Below are positions 30,137-39,039 of a stretch of DNA of 60,747 nt, one piece after another. Location: the sequence record NC_029021.1, one strand, 5' to 3'. Each line of letters begins with the position of its first letter. Within the stretch, counting starts at the first letter, position 1. Source of the stretch: Enterobacteria phage JenK1. The translations under genes and the position numbers were made by a program. The notes below the pieces were generated by a model that worked only from the letters and a program-made list of their open reading frames with translations, did not search any database and was not told where the DNA came from.

Positions 30137-30751
30137 TTACTTTTTACACGCTTCAAGAAATTCCCGACGCCATGTGTCACCAGTTACGTCCGGTAATACA
30201 CCATCGCCCAATGCAGTACGCCCGCGGAATGCCTTAGTGATGGTTGAGCTACCGCATACCTGTTTAATACCGCGCGACTCCATGCACATATGTTTTGCAT
30301 CGATGTAGACGCACACAGCTTTCGGCTCTAAATGGTCACGGATGGCGTCCGCAATCTGGTTAGTTAAACGTTCTTGGACTTGCAAACGTCGAGCGAAAGC
30401 ATCAACTACCCGAGATAACTTGCTGAGACCGACAATTTTTCCATTTGGAACATATCCAACCACCGCATGACCAATAATAGGAGCCATGTGATGCTCACAA
30501 TGACTATATACAGGGATATCGCGAACGATGACCATTTCATCGCAGTCTTCCCCACCATCTTCAAATGTCTTGAACAGGGATGCGATATCGACAGAATAAC
30601 CCCCGAACCACGTCTCAAATGCTTTAGCGACGCGCAATGGAGTTTCAACTAGACCTTCACGCAAGTCATCGCCACCTTCAATCAACTTTAAAATCTTTTC
30701 AATACTGTGCGAAATTTCTGCTCGGTTTGTCATCTTTGTAAATTCATTCAT
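30137..30751 (-). CDS. folE: GTP cyclohydrolase I
   Basis: YSHCEHHMAPIIG signature; ATG at 30751 chosen (track start 30787 is TTG and overlaps QueD). Confidence 0.85.
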   Translation of the reverse strand: MNEFTKMTNRAEISHSIEKILKLIEGGDDLREGLVETPLRVAKAFETWFGGYSVDIASLFKTFEDGGEDCDEMVIVRDIPVYSHCEHHMAPIIGHAVVGYVPNGKIVGLSKLSRVVDAFARRLQVQERLTNQIADAIRDHLEPKAVCVYIDAKHMCMESRGIKQVCGSSTITKAFRGRTALGDGVLPDVTGDTWRREFLEACKK

Positions 30752-30777
30752 GGTTTGCAGTTTCCTTGTGTGGTCAA

Positions 30778-31311
30778 TTATTTGCAATAGTTAACATGGC
30801 ATTTGGACGTTTCTTCAATGGTGCATTCTACCAATTCAACACCATATTGGTCAAGCAGTTGAGGACCAATTACGTCAACCATATATGCAGCTAAGTTTTC
30901 CGCAGTTGGGTTGAATGGTAAAGCTACCAAAGAATCAAAGAACGGATCATAATCTTCATCCGTTACTAAATTGTTCTCACGTGCAAACTTAGTCGATGCG
31001 ACAACAATGAGCGAATTAATTACGCTGTCTTGTTCCCAATGCAGGAACTTATGATCCCAATTATCTTCCAACCACTGGCAAAGCGTAGTTTTAACCACAC
31101 TGAAGTCGATAACGCGACCTACGTCATCCAGCGAACCTTCTAGAGCAAATCCACTTACAGACTTGACGTAACCTTCCGACAATGTTTTCTTCGGGGCAAC
31201 TTTAAAATGGAACTTATAGTTGTGGCCATGCAGGTGACGACATTTACTTTCATGTCCTACGACACGATGCCCAGCGCAAATCTCATGTGAACGAATAACA
31301 GTGTAACCCAT
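30778..31311 (-). CDS. queD: 6-carboxy-5,6,7,8-tetrahydropterin synthase
   Basis: CRHLHGHNY zinc-binding Cx4HGH motif; start at Met 31311 avoids overlap with upstream gene. Confidence 0.8.
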   Translation of the reverse strand: MGYTVIRSHEICAGHRVVGHESKCRHLHGHNYKFHFKVAPKKTLSEGYVKSVSGFALEGSLDDVGRVIDFSVVKTTLCQWLEDNWDHKFLHWEQDSVINSLIVVASTKFARENNLVTDEDYDPFFDSLVALPFNPTAENLAAYMVDVIGPQLLDQYGVELVECTIEETSKCHVNYCK

Positions 31312-31312
31312 T

Positions 31313-32728
31313 TTATTCCTCGCTTTCGTATTTAATAACTTCTTGTGCATTATTAATATTAAACGCAGTCCGACGCATCATGCAAGGGCCACAAGTACCG
31401 CAATGCAAATCCCCGTTACGGTAACAGCTCCAAGTGTGCTCCAACGGGGCCCCTAAACGCAGACCTGTAGCGACAATTTCGTGCTTCATTAAGTTACCTA
31501 CCGGCATGAGCACTTCAACGCGCTTACCGTCCCCTACAGCGAACGGTAACACTTGATTAAAGCGGTTAATAAACTCAGGCTCGTTGTCCGGATAGGCTCC
31601 AGCTTCTTCTAGGTTGTTACCAAGAACAATATAGTCGAAACCGTTAGCTTCTGCGTATGCAGTAGCAACAGAAAGCATTACAAGGTTACGAGCTGGAACC
31701 CATTCATGCGCGAATTCAGCGCCTTCTTCACCGCCAGCAATTGCAGCATCTTGATCAAATAACGGGCTATCTTTTTTATCGTAAATTGGAATTGGGAATT
31801 CAACTAATGGAACTTCCATCACTTCCGCAATCTTACGAATAGCATACAGCTCATTAGTTTCTGCACGACAACCATACTGGAAGTTAATCAGAGTAACATC
31901 TAAACCATTGGACTTACACATTTGAGCTGCTACTGTGCTGTCCATACCGCCACTGGCGACAACTAACGCACGTTGAGTTTGCTTATTTGGAATAAGATCA
32001 ACTTCATTGCACACATCAGTCGATGTGACCACATTACATGAATAAGGCTTCAGCATCTGCTTAATAGCGCGGGTTGGTAGCATGTCTTCCTGGCTGGCGA
32101 AATACATACCAGTATCAGTCTTACCGATCCAGATTGGACGATAATTACATGCTGTAAACACACATCCTGGAAAGGAATCATGTGTTGCAAGGATTGCGAA
32201 GCTACCTTTCAATTTGCGAACAACTTCATGAAACACACTGTACAGGTAATTAAAGTCAGACAAACACATTTCATCTGCTGAAAGTGTACATTCTGCCAAC
32301 TGTTCAACGATCGCAGCACTATCAATCTTAGTCTGTAGGGCATAGGTACGAAGGTCTTTATCGTTCGCAATAGTACCGTTATGAACAATAGTCCAACCAT
32401 CCATATGATACGGTTGCTGGTCCCACTCATTCTTGTCAACGACCCACTCTGTAGTCGGTTCAGCGCGAGCGTTACCAATCATTGTGAAGCTACCAATAGC
32501 TCCAGCATGAGATACAATGCGCCCAACTTTAACAAGACGTTCCAGCGATGTTTTCTTACCGACACTAACAATACGTTGCGGGTGCATACTGTGGTCACCA
32601 TGCGTAAAGCGTACACCAAGACCATCACGACCACGGCTGATACTAGCTTTAATAAGATCCTCAATGTCGTTACGGATAATAAGACTTTCAGGTTGACCGT
32701 TAGTAATAACACCAAAGATAGAGCACAT
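31313..32728 (-). CDS. queC: class-II glutamine amidotransferase fused to QueC-like PP-loop synthetase (Gat-QueC)
   Basis: Start at MCSIFGV (AsnB-type N-terminal Cys nucleophile); SGGMDS PP-loop; C-terminal WSCY...CGTCGPC...R zinc motif typical of QueC. Confidence 0.75.
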   Translation of the reverse strand: MCSIFGVITNGQPESLIIRNDIEDLIKASISRGRDGLGVRFTHGDHSMHPQRIVSVGKKTSLERLVKVGRIVSHAGAIGSFTMIGNARAEPTTEWVVDKNEWDQQPYHMDGWTIVHNGTIANDKDLRTYALQTKIDSAAIVEQLAECTLSADEMCLSDFNYLYSVFHEVVRKLKGSFAILATHDSFPGCVFTACNYRPIWIGKTDTGMYFASQEDMLPTRAIKQMLKPYSCNVVTSTDVCNEVDLIPNKQTQRALVVASGGMDSTVAAQMCKSNGLDVTLINFQYGCRAETNELYAIRKIAEVMEVPLVEFPIPIYDKKDSPLFDQDAAIAGGEEGAEFAHEWVPARNLVMLSVATAYAEANGFDYIVLGNNLEEAGAYPDNEPEFINRFNQVLPFAVGDGKRVEVLMPVGNLMKHEIVATGLRLGAPLEHTWSCYRNGDLHCGTCGPCMMRRTAFNINNAQEVIKYESEE

Positions 32729-32729
32729 A

Positions 32730-33491
32730 TTATTTACCTTCCTTAACCATTTCAATTTCACGCTCAACGGATGCAATAATATCGTTGAGGTCTTCCAGTA
32801 AGTCTTTATGACCGCGCTCACCCGCACACAGCACTTTCTTCAGTGCATGTTGCATGGGCCCACTGGTTACATTGAATGCTTTAATTACGTCGTACACGTC
32901 AACCCATACATCGATTTCGATTGGGCTACCGTTAAGGTCATGGGATTCAAAAGTTTTAATTTTGCGCATATATTTATTTGGACGTGGAGCTTTAATCTCC
33001 TGGATACAACCCTTGTCGATAAACGTTTCTTTAATGAATACTTCCGGATCGCCTTCTTTGTTACGATCAACTTTAAAGACGCTCGTAAGTACATCTTCCA
33101 TGATACTTGTTAATTTATGAGTGGACGTTGTGTGCTTCATGGTATTCGCTTCCGCTTCTTCTGACACTTTCTGACTTCTTCTAGCAGAAGCATTGATACG
33201 CCATTTGTAAAGTGCGTTACGTGGAGGTGTTACATGCGTGTTGTAGACCGTCTTTAAGTTCATAAGATCGTGTCCATCCATAGCTTCAACAAAAACAGTG
33301 AGTGCAGGACTACTATCGTTCAGAACATCCACCAAATATCCTTCCCGAATTACAGATGCAAGAGCTGCATGTGACGCGGCCTGAGAAACTGTGGTTACAT
33401 AATGTTTCACAAATCCGTCTTCATCAAACAGACACTGGTTTAACACATTTTCTGGAACAATTTCACCGAGTAATTGAACGTGCTTATTCAC
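32730..33491 (-). CDS. hypothetical protein embedded in 7-deazaguanine cluster
   Basis: 253-aa ORF between Gat-QueC and QueE, tightly coupled; no motif recognised. Confidence 0.55.
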   Translation of the reverse strand: MNKHVQLLGEIVPENVLNQCLFDEDGFVKHYVTTVSQAASHAALASVIREGYLVDVLNDSSPALTVFVEAMDGHDLMNLKTVYNTHVTPPRNALYKWRINASARRSQKVSEEAEANTMKHTTSTHKLTSIMEDVLTSVFKVDRNKEGDPEVFIKETFIDKGCIQEIKAPRPNKYMRKIKTFESHDLNGSPIEIDVWVDVYDVIKAFNVTSGPMQHALKKVLCAGERGHKDLLEDLNDIIASVEREIEMVKEGK

Positions 33492-33525
33492 AATAATTTA
33501 CCTTATTAGTTGAATATGTATAACT

Positions 33526-34314
33526 TTACTCTACACCTAAATATTTATGAATCTGCAATTGCACGATGTAATTGTGCTTCATTGCATATTTAACGACAGC
33601 TTGAGCGTTTGCTTTATTAGCATCGTCGTCCTGTTCATCCATAGGTTGAAGATAAATCTTACCTTTAAAGTGTACAGGTGGGCGTGCAATAAATGGTGTC
33701 GCACGGTGATCCAGTGCCTGCAACGGTAATCCATCTTCCTCGTTGACGTTTCCGCTTTTCATTACATATTTGAAAGCATCCGCTCGAGCGGAAACGCTAG
33801 GGTGAACCTTTGCTGCCTTAGGACTACATACTACCACACAGTTATAGTTGAGTTCACGCGGGATAGGCATAGTTCCGTTAGTTTCGACCTGTACGCGATA
33901 ACCTTTCATATCAATAAGGTAATTGATAAAATTAGCAACTTCAGGTTGACGGAAAGGTTCGCCGCCAGTAATGACAACTAAGTTAGTCTTGGCTTCACCA
34001 GTAACACGGACAATCTCTTGCCAAATGTCACCGTGGTTCATCTTCTTACGATTGGATGTATAGTTTGTATCACATCCTGGGCATTGCAGATTACAACCAG
34101 CTAATCGAACAAATACGGCAGGTTGACCACAAAATGGGCCTTCGCCTTGAATGGTATGAAAAATGGAATGTACGTCAAGAATACCACGTTCACGAACTAA
34201 CTTCTCAGGTTCCTGAGTATTAATAATTTTCATATGATTTCCAAATTTGGCTTGAGCCCAGTGGTGGGCGATAATGGCTTGTGCAAACATTTGAACCTCG
34301 GGGTAAGATAACAA
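33526..34314 (-). CDS. queE: 7-carboxy-7-deazaguanine synthase (radical SAM)
   Basis: CNLQCPGC radical-SAM Cx3Cx2C-type motif; 262 aa. Confidence 0.85.
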   Translation of the reverse strand: MLSYPEVQMFAQAIIAHHWAQAKFGNHMKIINTQEPEKLVRERGILDVHSIFHTIQGEGPFCGQPAVFVRLAGCNLQCPGCDTNYTSNRKKMNHGDIWQEIVRVTGEAKTNLVVITGGEPFRQPEVANFINYLIDMKGYRVQVETNGTMPIPRELNYNCVVVCSPKAAKVHPSVSARADAFKYVMKSGNVNEEDGLPLQALDHRATPFIARPPVHFKGKIYLQPMDEQDDDANKANAQAVVKYAMKHNYIVQLQIHKYLGVE

Positions 34315-34358
34315 AGGGGCAGTAAATGCCCCTTCTGAGTTTCCGAAGTATCTACAGA

Positions 34359-35183
34359 TTACTCTGCAGTTTTCTGAGACGGAATTTCTACGTTAGCGGC
34401 CGCTTGTGCAATATTAGCAGGTACTGGAACGGATACGCGACCAGTAATGCCCATGTATTTTTTCCAGCGAGCGTATTCCGCTTTAACGTTCGCTTCGTTC
34501 AGGCCTTTGTCCAGTGCAACAGGCAGAACGTAGCTGATCGGTGCAGTCTGACCCAGCTCCATGGTGACAGCGTCAAAGATATCCCATGCAGCACGGCACA
34601 GAGTACCGACACCAGGCTTACGAATACCGTTCTGTTCAGGCTCTTTCTTAGCTTCGCGTTCTGCTGCTTTACGAGCACGCTCTTCGTCCTGCAGACGTTT
34701 CTTCTCAGCGCGTTGTGCGTCACGTTGAGCTTTTTCAGCGGCCTTAGTGGCTTCGCGGGCAGCGGATACACGACCTTTAACATCTTTCAGAGTGGATTCA
34801 ATGGAGGAAACCAGATCTTCAGATGCTGCAACGGCAGTTTTCAGCTGATCGTTGTCTTTAACTTTACGTGCTGCCGCTTTAACAGCTTTCAGACCTTCTT
34901 TAGCGGTCTTCAGTTGAGCGGTAACTACGCCTTCAACTGCTTTAACTTCGTCCAGCAATGAACCTTCGTTCAGGGTCGCGAACTGTTCTTTAACAGCGGA
35001 CATAGCACCTTCGATCACATTGTAACCGGCAGTGGCTTCGTTCATTGCGGCGTCAACTTTAGCCTGCAATTCACGTGCTGCTTTTTCTTCAGCTTCACGT
35101 TTTTTCTTTGCTTCAGCTTCTTTTGCTGCTTTCTTTGCTGCTTCTTCTGCTTCCAGTTGTTCTGGAGTTTTCTCTTTAGCCAT
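34359..35183 (-). CDS. highly charged coiled-coil protein, probably abundant
   Basis: 274 aa, K/E/A-rich N-terminus, globular C-terminus; very strong host-like codon bias; strong promoter immediately upstream. Confidence 0.6.
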   Translation of the reverse strand: MAKEKTPEQLEAEEAAKKAAKEAEAKKKREAEEKAARELQAKVDAAMNEATAGYNVIEGAMSAVKEQFATLNEGSLLDEVKAVEGVVTAQLKTAKEGLKAVKAAARKVKDNDQLKTAVAASEDLVSSIESTLKDVKGRVSAAREATKAAEKAQRDAQRAEKKRLQDEERARKAAEREAKKEPEQNGIRKPGVGTLCRAAWDIFDAVTMELGQTAPISYVLPVALDKGLNEANVKAEYARWKKYMGITGRVSVPVPANIAQAAANVEIPSQKTAE

Positions 35184-35238
35184 GATTTAAATCCTCACAG
35201 TGTGGTTATTGGTTGTGAACTACGTTCTAAGTGGTTGC

Positions 35239-35267
35239 ACTATAACCCCTCTAAAAGAACTATGCAA
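35239..35267 (-). promoter_or_regulatory. candidate sigma70 promoter
   Basis: Minus strand TTGCAT - 17 bp - TATAGT, then GAGGA RBS for the 34359-35183 gene. Confidence 0.4.
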
Positions 35268-35279
35268 TATTTTAATTAA

Positions 35280-36002
35280 TTAATTTAAGCCACGTTCTTT
35301 TACCCAGACCCCTAATGTATTACTTGATGTATTACGCTTCACACCTTGTGCCTCTAAACGATCCATCATTTGTTTTCTAAGCTGTAGGATTTCCTTCTTG
35401 TCACGAGGTTCACCAGCTTCTTTCCACATTTCGTCAGCAACAGCGAAAATAATATCGCGAGTGCCGGCTGTACGCGACGTTGCGGCACGTTTTTCGTTTG
35501 CCGGTGTGCTAGTACCTTGCCGCTCTCTTGTCGGTGTCCATGCCCCTTGTATGCCCATATTTGTTTGTACGGTTGGGCCGTCAATGATGGTGGATTCCAA
35601 TGAACTATCATTCCGTACTTGAATATTAGGCTCCTCCCCCAAATCTGGAACAGAGCTGCCTTCGCGGTACATGCACTCACCCTCTTTATTACTAGCAATT
35701 GCCCAGTCCGCTTGTTCAGCCACATCCGCATCTATTACTGTCTCCGGTATTTCATTTAAAAAGTAATGGATGATCTTACTGATCATTTTCTTTGGATATA
35801 AAGCACCTTGCTTATTACCCGTTAAGTTGATGTACAAAAGCTGCATTTGCACATCATCAAACTCTTTATACAGTTCTTCAACTTCTAACGGAAGAACTAC
35901 AGAACTTTCGCTACAGCATAGAATTCCATACTCATGAAGACGTTGGAAGTTTGGATGTTTGGCTAACACCTGCATCCGATCATAATCAATTAAGACGTAC
36001 AT
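35280..36002 (-). CDS. hypothetical protein
   Basis: 240-aa ORF downstream of helicase. Confidence 0.5.
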   Translation of the reverse strand: MYVLIDYDRMQVLAKHPNFQRLHEYGILCCSESSVVLPLEVEELYKEFDDVQMQLLYINLTGNKQGALYPKKMISKIIHYFLNEIPETVIDADVAEQADWAIASNKEGECMYREGSSVPDLGEEPNIQVRNDSSLESTIIDGPTVQTNMGIQGAWTPTRERQGTSTPANEKRAATSRTAGTRDIIFAVADEMWKEAGEPRDKKEILQLRKQMMDRLEAQGVKRNTSSNTLGVWVKERGLN

Positions 36003-36022
36003 GTTAATCCTTCCAATTAAAA

Positions 36023-38026
36023 TTAAAACGGTATGTCGTCATCAAAATCTGGTGGTAGTTCTTTACCGTTACCAGTAAGAATAGGTTGATTAGACGTAGA
36101 ATGCAATACTGTCGTACGGGAATCAGTCTGCTCATCTTCATCAAACTTATTCGTATAACTTCCACCAAACTGGGACAGACCATTCATTGCTGCAATTTGT
36201 ACAACAGGACGTTCGTTTGTTGCTTCTTTCTTACCGAACTCGCTACCGTCATAACAACTATTCAACACTTCAGGGAACTTACCCTTCAAGTTGACATATA
36301 TGTGCGTCGGTACACGAAGCTGGCTGACCACATTGAGAGCTTCGTCAATGTTAGCTGGGATTGCCAAGCTGCAATGCTCGCGCCACCAGTTACGCGCTTT
36401 CTTGCCCGCAAAGCCAGTATGGAACAGGCAGATATATTGTTGGATAGTCTGTGAGCCACAAAGATAGTCGACACGAAGTGTTGGTGGTTTAGAACGGTCG
36501 CCCCTGTTCTCGTGGCGGTAGTAACTTACCATATCAACTTTCAATACCTCAGTGACCGGTAAATCATTCTTGATAATAGCTTTCGTACTAGCACTCGCCA
36601 TTAGTTTCTTCTCAAAAGTAAACTCATGACCGCAATAACCAGCACGGCACGCTTTATTATTTGTAATGGTATAGCCTAATCCTTGTAGATAGAGTATTTC
36701 TTCATGCGACATGCTACTTGTGTCGAATGGTTTTAACCCACCACAGAATCGAACTGACGCATGGTTCCATGTTTTACATACCGGGCATTCTTTAACAGGT
36801 GCAGCGGACTTTCCTTTCTGCCCTGGGCGCTTAGGAATTACAGGGTCATTAATAGGCCCAAGGCGTCTTGTGTTACCTGCATAGTCCAATACAAGACAGT
36901 TCTGTTTATGCGAAGCGGAGATAGCTTGCAAACGACCCTCTGTTGTGGTCAAATCAAAACCATCTGCATAATCAGGTCGTGTACCACGTCCAAGCATCTG
37001 AACCCACAAACGGGAAGATTGAGATGGTCGCATACCAATTATCAAATCAAGCCCCGGATGGTCAAAGCCTGTCGTTAATACGTTGTTGTTTGCTATTGCC
37101 TGTAAACGACCAGCTTTAAAATCAATAAGATACTGGTCACGCAAGGCTTTCGGTGTATCACCAGTTACAACTTCACAACTAATACCGCGCTCGTTGAGGT
37201 AGTCTTTGACATCTTTTGCATGGTCTACACCAGCACAAAAGACAAGCCAACTCATTCTATTCTCTTCTTCCGCAATACTAATCGCATCATCTAATAAATG
37301 GCGAGTTACATCAGGATCGTTTACAACCTTTTGAAGTTCGCTTTCAATGAACTCACCGCCTCGAGTATGAACACCACTTACGTCATACTCTTTCTTTGTT
37401 TTACGTGGTACTAACGGAACAAGATAACCTTCATCAATGAACCAGTTGAAGCACTCTACGGTACACGCGTTAAATACGATTTCATCAAATAGAGCGTTAG
37501 GCGCATAATCATCTTTGATGATAGAACCAAAACCAAGACGCCAACTCGTAGCAGTAAGACCGATAATCTTTAGATATGGGTTCTTTTCACGAATGTGCGC
37601 AAAGAACTTCTGATAACTTGTTTGCTGATTTGGGCTAATAAGGTCACATTCGTCAACTATAATAATATCAACGTCCTCGAAGTATTTAGCTTGTTTTGCA
37701 ACAGACTGAATACCTGCGAACGTTATCATTGCATTCTTATCCTTGCGACCCATACCAGCACTATAAATACCAGTCGGTGCTTCAGGCCACAACTTCTTAA
37801 ATTTATCGTGGTTCTGGTCTATCAATTCTTTTACGTGAGTAATTACCATCATGCGGGTACTACCCCAATTATCGTGAATTGTCTTTAATAGACCAGCAAT
37901 TACAAGGGACTTACCAGTCCCTGTAGGCAACAAGATAACAGGATTTCCTGACTTTTCACCATACTTGATGAAATAGCGCAATGTACTGTTTACAGCTTCT
38001 TGCTGATAATCACGTAGTTTGAACAT
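36023..38026 (-). CDS. superfamily 2 DNA helicase with SSB-like C-terminal tip
   Basis: Walker A LLPTGTGKS, DECD box, Cys-rich region; extreme C-terminus PPDFDDDIPF matches the E. coli SSB C-terminal tip. Confidence 0.75.
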   Translation of the reverse strand: MFKLRDYQQEAVNSTLRYFIKYGEKSGNPVILLPTGTGKSLVIAGLLKTIHDNWGSTRMMVITHVKELIDQNHDKFKKLWPEAPTGIYSAGMGRKDKNAMITFAGIQSVAKQAKYFEDVDIIIVDECDLISPNQQTSYQKFFAHIREKNPYLKIIGLTATSWRLGFGSIIKDDYAPNALFDEIVFNACTVECFNWFIDEGYLVPLVPRKTKKEYDVSGVHTRGGEFIESELQKVVNDPDVTRHLLDDAISIAEEENRMSWLVFCAGVDHAKDVKDYLNERGISCEVVTGDTPKALRDQYLIDFKAGRLQAIANNNVLTTGFDHPGLDLIIGMRPSQSSRLWVQMLGRGTRPDYADGFDLTTTEGRLQAISASHKQNCLVLDYAGNTRRLGPINDPVIPKRPGQKGKSAAPVKECPVCKTWNHASVRFCGGLKPFDTSSMSHEEILYLQGLGYTITNNKACRAGYCGHEFTFEKKLMASASTKAIIKNDLPVTEVLKVDMVSYYRHENRGDRSKPPTLRVDYLCGSQTIQQYICLFHTGFAGKKARNWWREHCSLAIPANIDEALNVVSQLRVPTHIYVNLKGKFPEVLNSCYDGSEFGKKEATNERPVVQIAAMNGLSQFGGSYTNKFDEDEQTDSRTTVLHSTSNQPILTGNGKELPPDFDDDIPF

Positions 38027-38977
38027 TTACTCACCGTAATAATCTGCTGCTTCGTATTGACCACATGCTGCCATCTGATCTTCCTTCGTTAATACACCTT
38101 CGGTTCCATCTGTGATGTATGCAGTAGCAGAAGCTAATTTTATTGCACATCTCCAGGTTCCATCTTCAAGCGGATAAGAGTGCTTACAGGTGCGGCAGTT
38201 AACTTCAGGCATCTTGTTGTTATGGCACACTGCTTTGTGGTCACACCATTTGCATTTATAGTAGGATTTACTTTCATTGATCTTAGGTGGTGGACATTCT
38301 GCCAGTGCAATTACAAATCCACGGTCTTTGTAGCGTTCCGCGGTTTCTTTATCAAATGGTACAAGCTCTGCCCAAATCTCGTCCGTGTTCTTATTAACTG
38401 CAATATAAAGAGCGGCTGGGAGCCCATAGTACAACATGTACTCCTGCATCTGAACATAGTGCTCCCATTTGGATTCCATCACACCATTAACGACAAGTTT
38501 CTTGAACGAATCGTTATTGTGCGTTTTCATCTCCGTCAAGATTGGTGTAGAAGGTTGTGGCATGTCGGGGCAACCAATGACAATACCATCTATCGCAGAG
38601 CCAAAGTGCCCGTTGAGATAGCTAACTCGATACTGGCTGCCATTTTCGTCTTGTTGGATGACTTGCATACCAGCGGTAAGTAATAAGGCCACGAAGCGGC
38701 CTTCTTCAAGATGCCCGCGATTGAATAGACGTAATGTTTTACCGTTAAAGTGCGGTTTTGTTGCCCATCGCCATCCGTAGAAGATTGCTCTGCTACACTC
38801 TTGCCCGATAAGACTAATCCCAAGATGCGAACGGAATCCGCCATCTCCCTCTCGATATGCGTCTTCAATATGTGGTAATACTTTTCCGAGCCATACTCTG
38901 TAAGCGGATCCTTGATCTCGTTCAATACAGTCATTGAATAACTCCATTGTCTTAGTAGCAGGATAAAAATGTGGCAT
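38027..38977 (-). CDS. PD-(D/E)XK exonuclease (RecB/Cas4-like) with C-terminal Cys cluster
   Basis: Motifs AIDGIV, LTEMK, QMQEY plus multiple C-terminal Cys (CKWCDHKAVC...CRTC). Confidence 0.55.
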   Translation of the reverse strand: MPHFYPATKTMELFNDCIERDQGSAYRVWLGKVLPHIEDAYREGDGGFRSHLGISLIGQECSRAIFYGWRWATKPHFNGKTLRLFNRGHLEEGRFVALLLTAGMQVIQQDENGSQYRVSYLNGHFGSAIDGIVIGCPDMPQPSTPILTEMKTHNNDSFKKLVVNGVMESKWEHYVQMQEYMLYYGLPAALYIAVNKNTDEIWAELVPFDKETAERYKDRGFVIALAECPPPKINESKSYYKCKWCDHKAVCHNNKMPEVNCRTCKHSYPLEDGTWRCAIKLASATAYITDGTEGVLTKEDQMAACGQYEAADYYGE

Positions 38978-39039
38978 ATCATAATCCTATATAGAAAAAT
39001 AAAGCTCCCGGAGGAGCTTTATTATAACATGATTTTTAA

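Noticed and set aside
34326-34961. 211-aa plus-strand ORF antisense to the charged-protein gene
   Set aside because: Lies entirely antisense to a strongly codon-biased gene, with Cys/Phe-rich nonsense-like translation and no RBS.
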